Shown: in pieces, positions 13,648 through 27,990 of the stretch
Numbering within the stretch: the stretch's first letter is position 1
Layout of the letters: every line of letters begins with the position of its first letter
NCBI RefSeq assembly: GCF_006345805.1
Contig: NC_043000.1
Span: 66,650,001 to 66,714,000 of the forward strand
DNA length: 64,000 nt
DNA from: Octopus sinensis
Lineage: Eukaryota
Direction: 5' to 3'
Position numbers and translations under genes: made by a program
Notes under the pieces: model-generated
Databases searched by the model: none
Seen by the model: only the letters and a program-made list of their open reading frames with translations
What the model was told of the DNA's origin: nothing

Positions 13648-14621
13648 TATATATACATACATAATACATAGATACATACATACATAACATATATAACATA
13701 TATATACATATTTATGAAAGTTTGAATTTAGCTCACGGACTCCTAGTACTATCTTTGCGGGCAACCAGGGGTCTGCACTTTTAGTATTATTTGTCAAGTC
13801 ATTTGATCACAAAGTGGGCAGACCAGCAGGTGACTCGTACTTTGTACTGTTTCTTAGTCACAGAATAGGGGTTCCACATTTTTGCCCCTCAAACCACTTT
13901 TGATTATGATATATTCGATTATGGTATTTCTACTCTCACTGTGTAGAATTCGAGACATTTGACAATTTTTTTCTTCCTTTACACCCTCAAATGCTGCATT
14001 GCCGGAACATTTAGCAGTTCTGTGAATATCACGGAACTTGTGCCTCGCTTATATTTTCTTAAACCCTTTTGAGTAAGTGATTAAGAAATTAATGGGTAAA
14101 TTCCACTATATCAAACCAGGTGAATATACAGATTACTTTGTGTTCTATGCTATTAAACTATTTGGTTACAGCGATGATACTGATCCAGTCTGTGAATATT
14201 TCCGAGGTGTTTCTAAAATTTGAGCTTATGGAGTCAAGGATGAGTTTACTAACATTCTAAGTTCACTTATGACGGCTAGGATTGCCTTTTCTTAGGATTT
14301 GTGTTTGTGGTCCTTTACAGTAATGTATGACTTGTACACAGCTCAACATTTTACTGTGTCTTCTATTTAAAAAAAATAGCATCTTTTCGCTATGCGTTTA
14401 ATTGTATTGTAATTGCTGAGGGTCACTTTTTGATAGTTTTTAGCAATATTTTATGACACAAGTATGAAGTGTATAGCTCTATTCAGCATATAAAGGTTTT
14501 AAAGTTTCTTCGGCGAATATTTGTGTGTCTATTATCTAATGGATTTTTACGTAAAGGGAATTTACGAATCTTAAATCCGAACTCAGTGTATCTATATTTT
14601 ATTTCAAAGGAGTAAGCTTAC

Positions 14622-14721
14622 TAATGCATATACTTGACGATGTGTTCAGTTTTCTTGATAACACATAGTATAGAGCATTTTCGAAGGCATCGTGATGTTC
14701 TTCGTGGAGTAACGTGGTTAA
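14622..14721 (-). CDS. Candidate internal exon (unidentified)
   Basis: tttattttag acceptor, 100 nt open (LTTLLHEEHHDAFENALYYVLSRKLNTSSSICI), gtaagc donor. No homology recognised. Confidence 0.25.
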
Positions 14722-14970
14722 CTAAAATAAACTGCGATTAGATATCAGTGACAGGCATCACCATTTCTCTGTTGACTAAATGTTTTGTGTCATCCCTGAA
14801 AGATTGATTTTTAAATCCTATCAAATTTATCATTTCACATTCAAATTTAAAGTTCTCATAGCAGACCTCTGATTAAAAAAACTTGGCTGGTATGTCAAGC
14901 AGTTTAAGTGACCACGTAGAAGTTTTCTCGTCGTCTCTTAGTTTCTATATTGTACAATATATTACTTTAG

Positions 14971-15006
<36 letters not shown>

Positions 15007-18000
15007 GTCAAAATTTTAATTTATTGTATGGTATATTATGAGTAATGAAGCACTAAAAATTTAGCATTAATATACCGGATACAGAGAGTATTAAAAAGTT
15101 AACTAGAAATGATGGCAAAGTACGAAAAACAAGGAAAACACAAACAATATAAGTAAATGGCTAATATAAATTTATCTGTTTTGGTACGTAAGTGAGGCAT
15201 ATTTGGAGATATTTGAGTATTGTGAAATAAATACACAAAATTGCACAATGGTTGTCGTCGAAAAATAGAATTGTTTTAAAAAAAGGTTTTCTGATGGTTG
15301 GTTGTATTTGAAGCTTAAATACACAATATGAATAACTAAATATATACATACTATGTACATACATACATACATACGTACATACATTCATACATATACGTAA
15401 ACATCTAAATCCATCTATCCATCCATCCATACATACATATGCAAATAGATATATACAAACACATATATACATATTTGTATGCATATGTGTATATATGTGT
15501 GTTTTTGAGTGTGTGTGCGCGTGCGTAAAAAATCAAGTGGAATTATTTTTTTAAGACTCTCCGTTATAACACATTCTTCCAGTTATCGTTCAATAATAAA
15601 ATATGTGATTGAAAAATAAGAGCAAAAACTGATAACAAATTCAAAAGGACCATATCGAAAAATGGCTAGATGGACATTAAAAATTGTCCAAAAGATCTAA
15701 TATGTAAAAGCAGCGTAATAATTTGCATTCGATTTTGTAAGAATGAGTAAGAATGAAAAATTGCTCAAGTCAATAGATATTCAGTTGGATAAGGTAAGTC
15801 CGTATTATCTATATGATATTTGTTTTTTTTTTATACATTAGTATTTGGTTATCGCGTGGTGCTGATTCAACGAATGATTGTAAACCAAATGTTGATGGAA
15901 TAAATCGCAGTTGGATAATTTCTTCTTTCTTCTCACAGAAATATTAAGTTATTTTCATTTACTGGTAATTATGTTTTGATAAATATACTACTTTTATTAT
16001 AATAATCACTATTTCCCCAGAGTTGTTGTTGTTGTTTAGTCTCATCTCATTCCTCCTGGGGCAGTTCCATAATAAAGACTATTTCAGCTATGACAATACT
16101 GTCATTTCTTCAGGCATGCTGCATCTTGGGCCTCATCACTGAATCTCAATCTTTTCTTTTCGAAGACAGCCAGGTGTAACTCGATGAAAATTTGGCTGCT
16201 GATCCTAACAAGTCGAGCGACTACCAAAAGGATCCTAGTTGTTTCGGAGTTCCTAAATCATATGTTTCTTTACAACAGAAGTAACTTTTTAATGAACATG
16301 ATGGATATTTACCAATTTAATACTGTTTCTATATGGATACAGAAATAGTTTAGCTTCCACACTGTCGCATACTGGATATTTAGTTCTTGATTAATATCTT
16401 TCAAATATTTATAAATATATTAGTTTAATTATAACATTAGCTCGCAAGTATTTAAGCTGACAATAGTTGATGGAGATGGAAATTATATGCGTGTTTCTAT
16501 TTTCAAAGATTAAGATGTATGTCGAATAACATTCTCAGTTAAGTTGATTAAATTTCGTTCATATTTCTGTAACTACATCATCAAATTTCTAGCATTCTAA
16601 TGGATTTATAGACATTCATTTATTATGCTTATTAAAATACATACATATTTGACACATACATACAGATACTTGAAAATATATTTCCATATATACATTTATT
16701 AAATATTTAAAAAAATTCGATATTTACTGTCCTTAGTGACAATGCAACTTGGCAGTATTATAGCTCCAATAGCTATGTGTTCCTAGTTCTAGACATCAGC
16801 TAAAGTGAATCAGCAAGAGCAGAATACGAGCGGCTACATTATCTTCAAGCAGATTGATGAAGCCAACGACAGAGTTTATTGCAATTGCTTATCTATAATT
16901 TATTCCAGAGAACCTAGGCGTTTTATTGTGAAGTTTGTTTGCAGACATATCGCTGTTTGCAAAAAGAAAAATAAATAGATAAATAAAATTAAATATTTAT
17001 GGTTGGTAATAATTCAATTTATAAAAAAAATGTTTATTCGTAAGAACTGTTATGTAAGATTCGTTAGAAATTTAGATTTGCTCTGCTGCCTCTTGCTTGT
17101 TACTTTATACACAGAAATAATATTATGAAATAAGGTATTTCGAGGCTCAGGAAAAGATGACAGTACTGTCATTTATTCCGGCATGCCACGTCTCGGGCAT
17201 TTGAGAATAACGCACGACCTGATCATACAAAATATAGCCATGATTTTAATAATTTATCCTTGTAGAGCAATATGGTATTAACGCCAGTAGTTTGCCAGAA
17301 TTTGAATTATTCGTTATGTATCGAGTGAGTTATGTAGTCCTTCTCGTGTCTACAGTCAAAATTTCAGTCAGAATTTGTGATTAAAAGTTGTCTTTTAATT
17401 TTAGGGCGTACAAGTGAGGTACCTAACGATAATTAGGGTTTTTGACAGATTTATTTATGATTTGCTATTTAGCACGCTGGCCTGACATTTTTCTCAACAA
17501 AAGCCAAATGGGATAGTAACTATTAAATAATTAGTTGACATTAGGTCATTCAATATATTTAATAGGCGAGGTAACTGCAAGCATATATTATTAGATGGGT
17601 GGAATTATTGCCGGTTATAATGGACGGGACATTATTTTCTGGCTAGTTTAGTTGCTTCGATTCGACAAGATTAACAAACATTTACAGTATGTTTATAACT
17701 TAAGTTGTACTTAATTTTTTCTTTAGTTGTAGTTCCCTTTATCCTATGTTAATTCATCATTTAGTGACAATTGAGAGACAGAAGATCTCTGACAGGAAAT
17801 ATTCCGGTATTGTTAAAATCAACCATCAAATTATGCTTTTTACTTTTAGAAAGCACCAAGTGTTTGTAGAGATAAACAAAAGAATATTTACTGGAATGTG
17901 ACTGTTATATAAGAAATATTAGAAATACACTGAATTATTCATGAAATAGAAATAGACCAAATTACTCATAAAACTATTGATTTCCGTAGAATTTTTCCAA

Positions 18001-18670
18001 ATGGCTACATTTTATTCTGTATAGGTTTAGTTATGAATGTAAAAACATTGTCCAAAATATTACAAGCAATTACGAAGCAGAATTAAATCACTAGACTTAA
18101 CATTTTATATAAATTTGAATTATAACTTATTAACTGAAGTTGACAACAGCAAAGAGCACTCTTTCGTATTGTTACGATATTTGAAGTTGGAATCAAATTG
18201 GCCATACTATATGTTTATTCTCAAAAATAAAAGACACGAAACTTCTTTTTGGGCGATAATTTTTTGGCTATGAAACTTCTTTTTGGGCTATGTTGTTTTC
18301 GTGGACTTTATAAATCTTTAGATCAAGAACAAGATCAAAGTTCTGACTATAAATTTCGTTTATTAATATATTTGAGTTATTGCAGCTACAATACTAACAT
18401 ATCATATGCACAATATTGTTTTTATAAATTCATGAATACTTTTTATTTTTCTCATGATTAGTTCTGTTAATTATGATTTATTCAATGTGTTCTTTTTCAG
18501 GGCTGTGAAAGCATTTTCTTATTTTTTTTTTATTTCATTGTAGCATTGCAGACATTATTGTAGCCGATGAAGTTGTTATCTTTGTTACTTTTACTGTGTT
18601 CGCATCATTGCAAACAACATTGCAAACCAATTGTTGCGATGTGCTATATGATAGGGTTATCTCTTCAATA

Positions 18671-18829
18671 TGCGCAGTCGTGGTTGTGTGGTAAGAAGCT
18701 TTCTCCCCAATCTCATGGTTCCGGGTTCAGTCTCTCTACCTGACACCTTGGGCAAATGTCTTCAACTATAGCCTCGGTCCAACCAAAGCCTTGTGGGGTG
18801 ATTTAGTAGATGGAAACTGAAAAATGAAC
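18671..18829 (+). mobile_element. SINE family A, 5' half, followed by (ATGT)n 18830-18950
   Basis: GTGGTAAGAAGCTT...GGTTCCGGGTTCAGT...ACCTTGGGCAAATGTCTTC. Confidence 0.8.
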
Positions 18830-18953
18830 TATGTATGTATGTATGTATGTATGTATGTATGTATGTATGTATGTATGTATGTATGTATGTATGCATGCAT
18901 GCATGTATGTATGTATGTATGTATGTATGTATGTATGTATGTATGTATGTATA

Positions 18954-19850
18954 CAGGGGCCTCGTTTACTTTTAAAATGTAAGCGCGACAAATCAACATT
19001 TGTTGATTCTTAAAGGAGCATGATAGTATTATTTATGGTGCATTTCCCGGACCCTATCACATAAGTGAAATTTTACGCTAATTAAATTTTATATGTTCAA
19101 ATGAAGTTCAGATACAAAAAAAAAAGCTTAAAAGGAATTTATTATATCAAATAAACAAAAAATAAAACAGACGTTTAAATAAAAAAAATATAAAGTAAGT
19201 TTTTCGTCTTTTAGAACTTCCAAATGTATTATATCTCGCATCATATGCTATCAATATATAATTTAGCAACTTCTGCACAACTAATATTTTTCAAAACATC
19301 TTTATGAACATGGCATATTAGAATATGACTCAACCTTTGCTGAGTCATGGTCGATCGCAGCCAAGTTTTGAATCTATGCAGAGCACTAAAAGATCTTTCA
19401 GCTTCACGAGAACTGGTTGGAAACATTAAAAGTAGCCTGAGCAATCGCTCGACATTTGGAAACATTTCTGGTTGCATTTCACCGAATATTTTACGATGAT
19501 CCTTAAGAGATGATCCACTATGAGGATTTCTATAAAAAAATATTTCCTTCCTTAAAGAAAATTTATCGAGCTCTGGATACAGCATGATCACTTAAGCACA
19601 AAAATTTCCATTGAGTAAAATATTGCTCAATTTTCATAATCTGTTAAATCTTGTGGAAAAAAAATCTTTCAAATTTGCTACTGCAGTATCCACTACCTGT
19701 AATTACTGCACACTACAATGATCCAAAACAGTGCATTGTTGATATTTTAACGCATTTCCTTCCTGGTATCTTTAAAAGCGATGAACAAAGCTTTAGAGGA
19801 AGAATAGAGTTATAAAAAAACATAAGACACGACGATAAAAATATTTTTCG
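18954..19850 (-). mobile_element. hAT transposon 3' fragment with C-terminal dimerisation domain
   Basis: ORF 19241..19591: MFPNVERLLRLLLMFPTSSREAERSFSALHRFKTWLRSTMTQQRLSHILICHVHK (Dimer_Tnp_hAT, ERSFS motif); CAGGGGC terminus at 18954; left limit of the transposase approximate. Confidence 0.85.
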
Positions 19851-20553
19851 CTTTAATTCAAACAACTTTGGAAAATATTAAAATACATGGTAGGGAACGA
19901 ACGAATTTTTCTGACAGCCAAATATTTTTCACTCTCAACTCAAGTCTTTCGCTCCCATACCTAATAATGAAGCATTCTTACCAGTGCGCAAATTACTGCA
20001 CTGCTATCCATCTTAAGTACCAATCTGGTAAAACATCGAAGATCCAGCTAGCAATCCATCGCATCCCATCTCCACTGAAAACACTGTGCACTGCCATATC
20101 CCCGTGCCACATGTTTCCCTGAGTTCTTCATATTTTAAGCACATTCATGTGCTAATTTTCTGCTGATTTTCAAAGACATAGTTAACTCCACAATACGTAA
20201 TACACTTTACACAAGTTCAAATTCATTATCTATAGAGTCACAAATACAAGACAAAATGATGATTTGATCGGAATCTAAATTAAAAGAGTTTTTTTTTCAA
20301 CATATAGTTTGGAAAGTGTCTCCAATGTTTTGATTTGAATACAAATTTAATTTAAAAGTTATCTACTCGAACGAAACAATTCCTGTTTAAATGGATATCT
20401 GAGGCAGGTCCATATCTTCGATAGATTAAGTACTGACAAGCCAGTGAAAAAGCCTCCATATAGTCGTTCAATATGCTAAACATAGTAACCAGTTCTCCCG
20501 CAAATCATACATTGTTTTCTTTAAAAGCAAAAAAATGCAAAGACACGTTTCAT

Positions 20554-21291
20554 AAAATTTTAACTCTATTCTTTATTCTTTGTTTTATATGTTCACTCAC
20601 CAATTAGCTTGGGCAACCGACAATTAATTAGAATAATCAGTTATTAACTTCCTCCTCATCTTTCTCCATGCTGTCTGAAAACAGATGGAATGATGACAGT
20701 TGGAACATCTTTGATTATTGGTCTGTACACCCAGGAACAACCTAGTGTTAAACAACAATTACTACGTGAACTGAAGCAAGGAAAATAGGGAAATTTTTTC
20801 CAAGGGGCATAACAAGATGCCCTCAAGGAAATATGAATTCGCTAACAAAATCCTAACAGGTGTGTGAATGCGGTTGCTTTCGTTTCTATGCATCTTATGT
20901 ATTTGACCATGTCCTTAAGTGAAAATAATTGTTAGGTGGCTGTGGTTACCACTACCTTGTAGGGTTACTGCATGGATGTCAAGGAGAAAGAAAAGTATGC
21001 TACCGTGTGTGGGATAAAAATTCGGGACATTTTTTTGGCAGCATCAATGTTGCTCGACTCGAAACCGACAGGAGTGGGTACGATCGGAAGGTGCTGAAAT
21101 GATAATGACTCAATCAACGCATGGTGAAGGGAATATCCAACAGTACATTCTGTACATAAAATAAACAGCTAAAATTTTAACTCTGTTCTTATTCTTTGTT
21201 TTATATGTCCACTCACCAATTAGCTTGGGCAACTGACAATTAATTAGAATAATCAGTTATTAACTTCCACCTCATCTTTCTCCATGCTGTC
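20554..21291. repeat. Pair of about 121-bp direct repeats (20554-20675 and 21171-21291)
   Basis: AAAATTTTAACTCT...CACTCACCAATTAGCTTGGGCAAC.GACAATTAATTAGAATAATCAGTTATTAACTTCC.CCTCATCTTTCTCCATGCTGTC in both; few differences. Confidence 0.95.
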
Positions 21292-21324
21292 GTTGGTGAT
21301 ATTGCTTTTGGGGAGAATGTTGTA

Positions 21325-21740
21325 TTTATTTAACCTCAAGTCAGTTCTGACCTGGCTAATCTATAATTAAAGACATACTTGCCATGATTGCTCCATCTTT
21401 TTATGGGAGCTAGATTTAACGTGTCTCTCTCGTTTTAACAATGTTAAATTGGAAGGAGATTTGACTGCTGTCTGTTGCAGATCGGACGATTACGGAAAGA
21501 CTTCCTCGTTGGTTTGTAATTTGGATATTATATTAGCCCCAGGTCAGCAATGATGGAGCAGATCTATGGTCAGAGGTGTTTCATTCATGATTATGTCATC
21601 TTTTATTCAAGCAGTGTATCTAAGACTGCACCATCCAGTGTGTCCAACATTATTTAGAAGACAAATTGGGGTATAATTTGAGGGAGAATCAGTTGGTGTG
21701 TCAAATAGATCGAGCAATTATGTATAGGCGCCTTCCTGGT
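21325..21740 (+). mobile_element. Two copies of dispersed repeat family E (other copies near 8420, 16025, 41130, 51250, 57105)
   Basis: Shared skeleton TTAACCCCAGGTCAG..CTGAT.GAGCAGA.CTATG...GATTTG.CTGCT.TTTCTAG...GTCGAGC. Confidence 0.6.
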
Positions 21741-22929
21741 TCGAAATGTGGATGTCATCATGATGGTCATACGACGACGACGATAGTGACAATGATGATG
21801 ATGATGATGATGATGACGACGCCGACAACGCCGACGAGTATATAATTTGCATGGAGGAGATTTTTAAGGTAATCGAAGCCTATTTCGACTAGTGTTGACA
21901 AAGGGAATTATTGATGGAAAATCTGGTACTATTAAACATATCAAGATAGATGAAAGCAGACCTTAAACCAAGGGATGAGTGAGTAGTATGTTTGACTTGG
22001 AAAAGTAATAGAAGAGCTTTAAAAATATGTAATGTGACAGGGAACAGAATGATCCTTACTAGAATACACCATAAAATATATTCATTAGTATGCTAAAGAA
22101 ACTCTGACGAGAAGTGGTAGGGGTGGTATTAGAATATTACATAACAACGAGGTGGCTGCATACCAGTGACTCAACTTCTGTATCAAAGCTATTTCGAATT
22201 AGTCATCACAAATGGAAGTTGGCTGATGTTTTCTTGATGTATTACGATATAGTAAATCAGGATTTGATGGACTGGATAGTGCTTGCAGTGATGCATATAT
22301 CACATAATGAGTCGACGGTTGCAAGAAGTGATGAATAAAATATTCGAAAAAAAAAAAAGTACTGACTCGATATGTCTCCATATTCACTCACTCTTCTCTC
22401 TATATATGCCTTTTTTATATGAGATTTCTAAATTCAGGGTCTGCTTCACAGAATTCAAGCCAATCACTAACAAAATGACAAGGTCGTTATTTTATTTGAG
22501 TTAAGATAATTACAGTGGTTTGTGAATATGTGAGTGAGTTAGTGTGTGCATATATACAGGCCTATGTTTAGATATATTTGCACTCACGTAATAGATGTAT
22601 ATGTCTCTTTAGTACACAAGTGTGTGCATGTGATTACTTTTTATTTTATATATGTGTATGCGTATGTTATATGCACACGTGCTTATGTGCACATGTTCGT
22701 TTCAGGAAGCGCAAATGGAGAATCTTTGATACGTTTTACAAATCATCACAGTACCACTAATTAGCTGGATTTGGTAAATGCGAGTTACTGTATCATTTCT
22801 TGCCCACCCCCGCCTGCGTTTTCATGCTTTCTTTTTCAAATCTATTGTTACACACCCCAGTGCTCCGATGATAATAGATACGAGCAACGTTAATTCAGTA
22901 TAGATGCATTTTTCTACAACTTTAGACGA

Positions 22930-24560
22930 TTAATTCACAACCGTTGGACAGCTGACCTTTATAACAGTGCATGACTTTTGTTCCATATCCTTTAGAACAA
23001 TATCATGTCTGTTGTATTTATACAAAGTTGATGCTTTTATTGGAATATTCTAGAAGTAATTGTTATTTTTTAAGGTGTGGATACATTCTGGCACTGGTGT
23101 GCAAGCATATTAGGATAATTCTTCCTGCAGATAGCATTGTATTTAGTTTTGGAATTAATGTTATATCTCATTGGAAGGTTGTGCTTTGCAGACATTTTCG
23201 GACTAATTTTAATGATGTGGATATCTTCTATATTAATATGGCAAATCGACATTTTCTATCGCAAGGTGCTTCCTATTTTTGAATAACAAAGACATATCCT
23301 TCTACGTGGGGTGTGATGCATATATCTTAAGTCCAAAAGAGGCCACTCTTCTTGACAATTCTATTGGTATCTATTGCTGGATGTTTACCTGTGCATAACT
23401 TTCTGCTGACATCATGCTTTCTGCTGACAAATCTCTGCTTAAGTAAGTCGGTGCAGCTATCATTATTTCACATGGAACGGCTTAACGCTCAAGTGGTTTT
23501 ATTCATTCAAGAGTTGTTTACCTACTCTTAAGATGTTATTATTGTCATAGTTGAATATAGATGAGAGGTACTCGTTTCCCTCTTTTCTGTTCACTAGGTG
23601 AGTGATATGATGCGGCACTCAAAGGCAGTTTGGACTGACCTTGTGCCTCTACCACCATCACTTCTTCCTAAGTCTGTTGAAGTAGCTTTACTCTTATCAC
23701 CGGCGTATGAAATATTCTCAATTTCGAAACACTAGCATTCGTTATTGAAGATAGGGAAATAATCAGAACACTGTTATCCACATCTCTCGTCTGGTCAACA
23801 ATCTTTCATCAACTGATATTCAGATATGAACAGCAAAATCTATTTTTTATTCATTGAAAATGCTGTAACTTATTCTGTCTCTTGATGTGAATACAGCTTA
23901 AAGCCATCGACTAAAATGGTGTAGGTAACATTACTTTTTCATTCGTCTACAAATCCTAATATATAGCCCTTGGCGTTTCCTTCGAGGGGTTCAGTTGCCA
24001 AGACAAAGACAAGCTGCCACTCTAGAATATTCCCTAATTATGTAATGGTTACTTCAGTTCTTAGTGTGGCCTATATTGGCGCTAGTCTTCAAATGGCGTC
24101 GACTATAATAGCTGGAACTTTAATACTTGTGCCTCCAGTTTCGATGAGTGAAAGACTGAATTAAACATTTTATATCTAGCCCTACTGTTAAGAAACTTCG
24201 ATGATACAGCTTTGCTTCCATAAGGATAGTTTTGTTGATGAGAAACAAACCCATATTCATTTTTTTCTTGTGTCTAAACATCTGTCAACACATCTTTTGC
24301 TCTGCAGTGATCTTGGAGAAAAATGTCCAGGCAACCTTTATACAGTTATATTACAAGATTTAAGCATGTTAAGAACCTGTAGTTTTGTTTTTTATCACGT
24401 CTCGTGATACTCAGACATGAGTGCTGCCAGCCAGTCTGGTATATCGAGTTTAGCGTTCATTGATTAAAAAAAAAAGAAAAAAACCCAGGTTAATGAGAGC
24501 TTCCTATGCCAATGATCGAATATCAGGTCTCTTCCAAGCGATTTTCATTCGGTAGTTTTG
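22930..24560 (-). mobile_element. Degenerate RLE-type LINE (R4/Dong-like), RT to zinc knuckle
   Basis: In order on minus strand: NYRFLTCLN; GIF..; VTYTILVDGFKLY (FVDD remnant); GGRG.RSVQTAFECRIIS; EGYVFVIQ..CDRKCRFCHINIEDIH; YNAICRKNYP, which matches the 5050-5662 family (YDAIRKKNCP). Confidence 0.7.
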
Positions 24561-24894
24561 CAACAACCATCACGTGAGTTTCACTAGTGATTTATATGTT
24601 TTGAAAGAGATGTAGAGATGTTTGTGCTCATTCTGTAGCTCATTTTACTAGATTGCAATGCGGTTGCGCTAGTTATTACCATTCTAGACCATAGACCGCA
24701 TTCCTGAATTATTCAACCCGAAGAGAAACATTTACAACATTATGAGAATGAGAAATATTTGCTTGTCAGATAAATTCGTTCGTTCCCCAAAATTTATTTG
24801 AATTCTTTCCAATGTTTTTTGAACTAAAGCGAAAAATATCTTTATCGGAGTGTCTTATGTTTTTTCCTTGTAGTTCTATTCTTCCTCTACAACT

Positions 24895-25124
24895 TTTACT
24901 CTTTTACCTGTTTCAATTATGTGACTGTAGCCATGCTGGAGCACCGCCTTTAGTCGAGCAAATCGACCCCAGGACTTATTCTTTGGAAGCCTAGTACTTA
25001 TTCTATCGGTCTCTTTTGCCGAACCACTAAGTTACGGGGACGTAAACACACCAGCATCGTTTGTCAAGCGATGTTGGGGAACAAATACAGACACATAAAC
25101 TATATACACGCATACATACATAAA

Positions 25125-25191
<67 letters not shown>

Positions 25192-25229
25192 AATATATAT
25201 ATAAATATATATATGTATATATAAATATA

Positions 25230-25285
<56 letters not shown>

Positions 25286-25442
25286 ACGGGCTTCTTTTTA
25301 GTTTCCGTCTACCAAATCTACTCACAAGTCTTTGGTTCGCCCGAGGCTATAGTAGGAGACAGTTGCCCAAGGTGCCACGCAGTGGGACTGAACCCGGAAC
25401 TATGTGGTTCGTAAGCAAGCTACTTACTACACAGCCACTCCT
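24895..25442 (-). mobile_element. SINE family A, full length, internal (TA)n
   Basis: Reverse complement of family A head and 3' half; little diverged. Confidence 0.9.
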
Positions 25443-26591
25443 CTTTGTTTATCGTTTTTGAAATGTTGCGATTTAATTTGTGTGAAACTGATAGTTTCTT
25501 CAGCAAGAAATATATTTCAAACTTGCTGAATAGGCTAGACTGAAGTATTTCTTAGCCTTCGTTTCAATTCCCCAGCTCCCTGCTCTCTGCCAGTTATACA
25601 CAAGACTTAAATTTAAGTTTACAAATGCTACACTTTTCAAACATTACAGTAATTATCCGAATAAGTAAAAGAAAAAGAAAATTGAGAGGAGGTTTTTATA
25701 ACCGTGAAACACGAAAATATATACGAAAAGAAAATGTTTAAAAACTGAAAGCTCTACAAAGATACGTAGAGAGAAAATAAATTTTGAAACATGTCTTTAT
25801 ATGCACTTTAGAATGTTTAATTTTAATACTAATTATAAATTACTTTTACCTTTACAAAAGAAAAGAAAACAAAATATTGTGCTTTGCACAGAGGGGAAGT
25901 TTAGACTGGGATGCTTCACCATTTGCCGTTCTATTGGAACATATGAATATATTCGACGTCCGACGGACAGTTCTTACGGGAGTGATTTTATATTGTTTTA
26001 GCAACGACGTTATGTTGCACAGGAACAGCTTATTTAATGTTTTCATAGATACGAGACATAACCAGCATTTTCCGTCGCATCCAGTAGTTTCGGGTGGTAT
26101 GGAAATTTTTATATTTTTTAAAAAGTATGTTCATTAGCGACCCATAAAATGTTCTCTTTACTATTATTGAGCATCTGAGTATATGTATACTTTTCGTCAT
26201 ACAAAATATGTCTGGACTGTACATGTTCATGAGACCGAAGCTTATCCACTTGAATGCAAAATCAGTTCTTCGCAGGGTTAACTCTTAGGTGCTGTTGATA
26301 ATCATGTTCAGTTGAGTCTACTCAATAATGTGAAATGAAGTGTTTTACTCAAGGATACAACGCACTGTCCTGTTCAAAAATCGAACACACGACCTAACGA
26401 TCCTGACCCCAGTTACTTAACTACTAAGCTACTCATTTCAGTAATAAAGTACGGCACTAAAAAGCTATCTGACAGGTCTTAAGCTAATGCTTCTGACTTT
26501 TCTTCCGAGATAGAACCTGCCAACATCACTATTTATGCAGAGCTTCCTGCTAATGTTATGGCATTGTGGGTTTTAATATCAATGAATCGGA

Positions 26592-26840
26592 TTTTCTGAA
26601 GTATGACAAATGTAATAGAATTAATATTGGTTTCAAATTTTGGCACAAGGCCAGTAATTTCGGGAGAAGGGATAAGTCGATTATATCGACCCCAGTGCTC
26701 AACTGGCACATATTTTATCGACCCTGAAAAGCTGAAAGGTAAAGCCGACCTCGGCAGAATTTGAACTCAGAACGTAAAGACGGACGAAATGCCGCTAAAC
26801 CTTTTGTCTGGCATGCTAACGATTCTGCTAGGTCACCGTC
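26592..26840 (-). mobile_element. SINE family C, near full length
   Basis: Reverse complement of the family C sequence seen at 8744. Confidence 0.85.
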
Positions 26841-27089
26841 TTGGTGGTAGAATTAATATTAAAAAAAAAAAAGTATTGCATGATATCATCTCGTAACTGA
26901 AGAGTACTGATGATAAATTTCATCCTATATTTCTCAACACTTTTGTACAATACATATTCAGCAGTACCATAGTATTCGTTGCACTTATTGTGTGAAACAA
27001 GGTAAAATTAAAATACCATTGATATATGGTGGAAAAGTAATTTTTTTCCGCGTTTAACTATCAAATATAAGCATTTCTTTTGGCTAAAT

Positions 27090-27780
27090 TTGTATATCAG
27101 CTAAAAATTCTATTAATTTAAGTTTATTTGACATAGTAAATATTTCTTGTATAGATTAACAAATAAAGTATGGGTTATTTTGTCTCTAGCTGTTGTAGGC
27201 CTTTGACTGTAACCACTGAGCGTCTGTAATAGTGGGTTTACCACCAAAATATACGGATGTACAGTCTGACTCCTGAGAAGATTTCTTTGTAACAAATTAT
27301 TACATAGCTAAGATTTAGCAAATCGTTCTTTTGGTATGTCAGTTTGGCTTTCAGTAGTTATTTTAATTATACAACTGAACAACATCTTCCAATATCCAAC
27401 TGTTAAATCTCTTCTTGGTGGCTTACCATGAAGTAGATCTATCGAAGTTTTAGGGAAATGTTTCACCGTTGATAATGTATATCTCACATCTGATGTTGGC
27501 CAATATCACTTCCTGAATTTGATGAAATCTCTTTTCTAATCCAGATCTTAGATCAAAATGATTTACGATGTTCTTTTTATAGATCAAAAGCGTTCCATTC
27601 ATGATCATCTCATTTTTTAAGAATATTTAGGACTACATTATCCGATGTCTCTCGTCTTCAGTCATTGACTATCCAACAATTTTCACATGTTTCTCATATT
27701 GTTTCTATCTATATCTCTAATAACCGTTACCATGAGAAGGTTTGTTTTTTCCAGCTCATATAAAAAATGGTTTTTTGACC
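27090..27780 (-). mobile_element. Second degenerate RLE-type LINE RT fragment
   Basis: ORF 27113..27295: ILVVNPLLQTLSGY...DKITHTLFVNLYKKY, resembling QGDxLS..NPL..GY..ITHxLFVDDLKLY. Confidence 0.5.
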
Positions 27781-27902
27781 AAATTTAATTTTAGAAGACT
27801 TATTCTCAGATCGTGACTTTACATTGATTTAAAGTTGTATGTATTCTAGAATCATCTCTACCGAGTAGGTTCATACAGAGATATATGAATGCTGAATAGA
27901 AT

Positions 27903-27990
27903 CAGGGCCGGCTCAAGGTACCGGCAACTTGGGCAGTCGCCTGGGGCACCATATGCTAGAGAGTGCCAAGGAGGGCGTGACAAAGAAGGA
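27903..27990 (+). mobile_element. hAT-like terminus
   Basis: CAGGGCCGGCTCAAGG...GCCTGGGGCACC; partner end not found. Confidence 0.4.

Noticed and set aside
25784-26230. Overlapping ORFs in a CpG-richer segment
   Set aside because: Open on both strands, no recognisable motif or clear exon boundaries.
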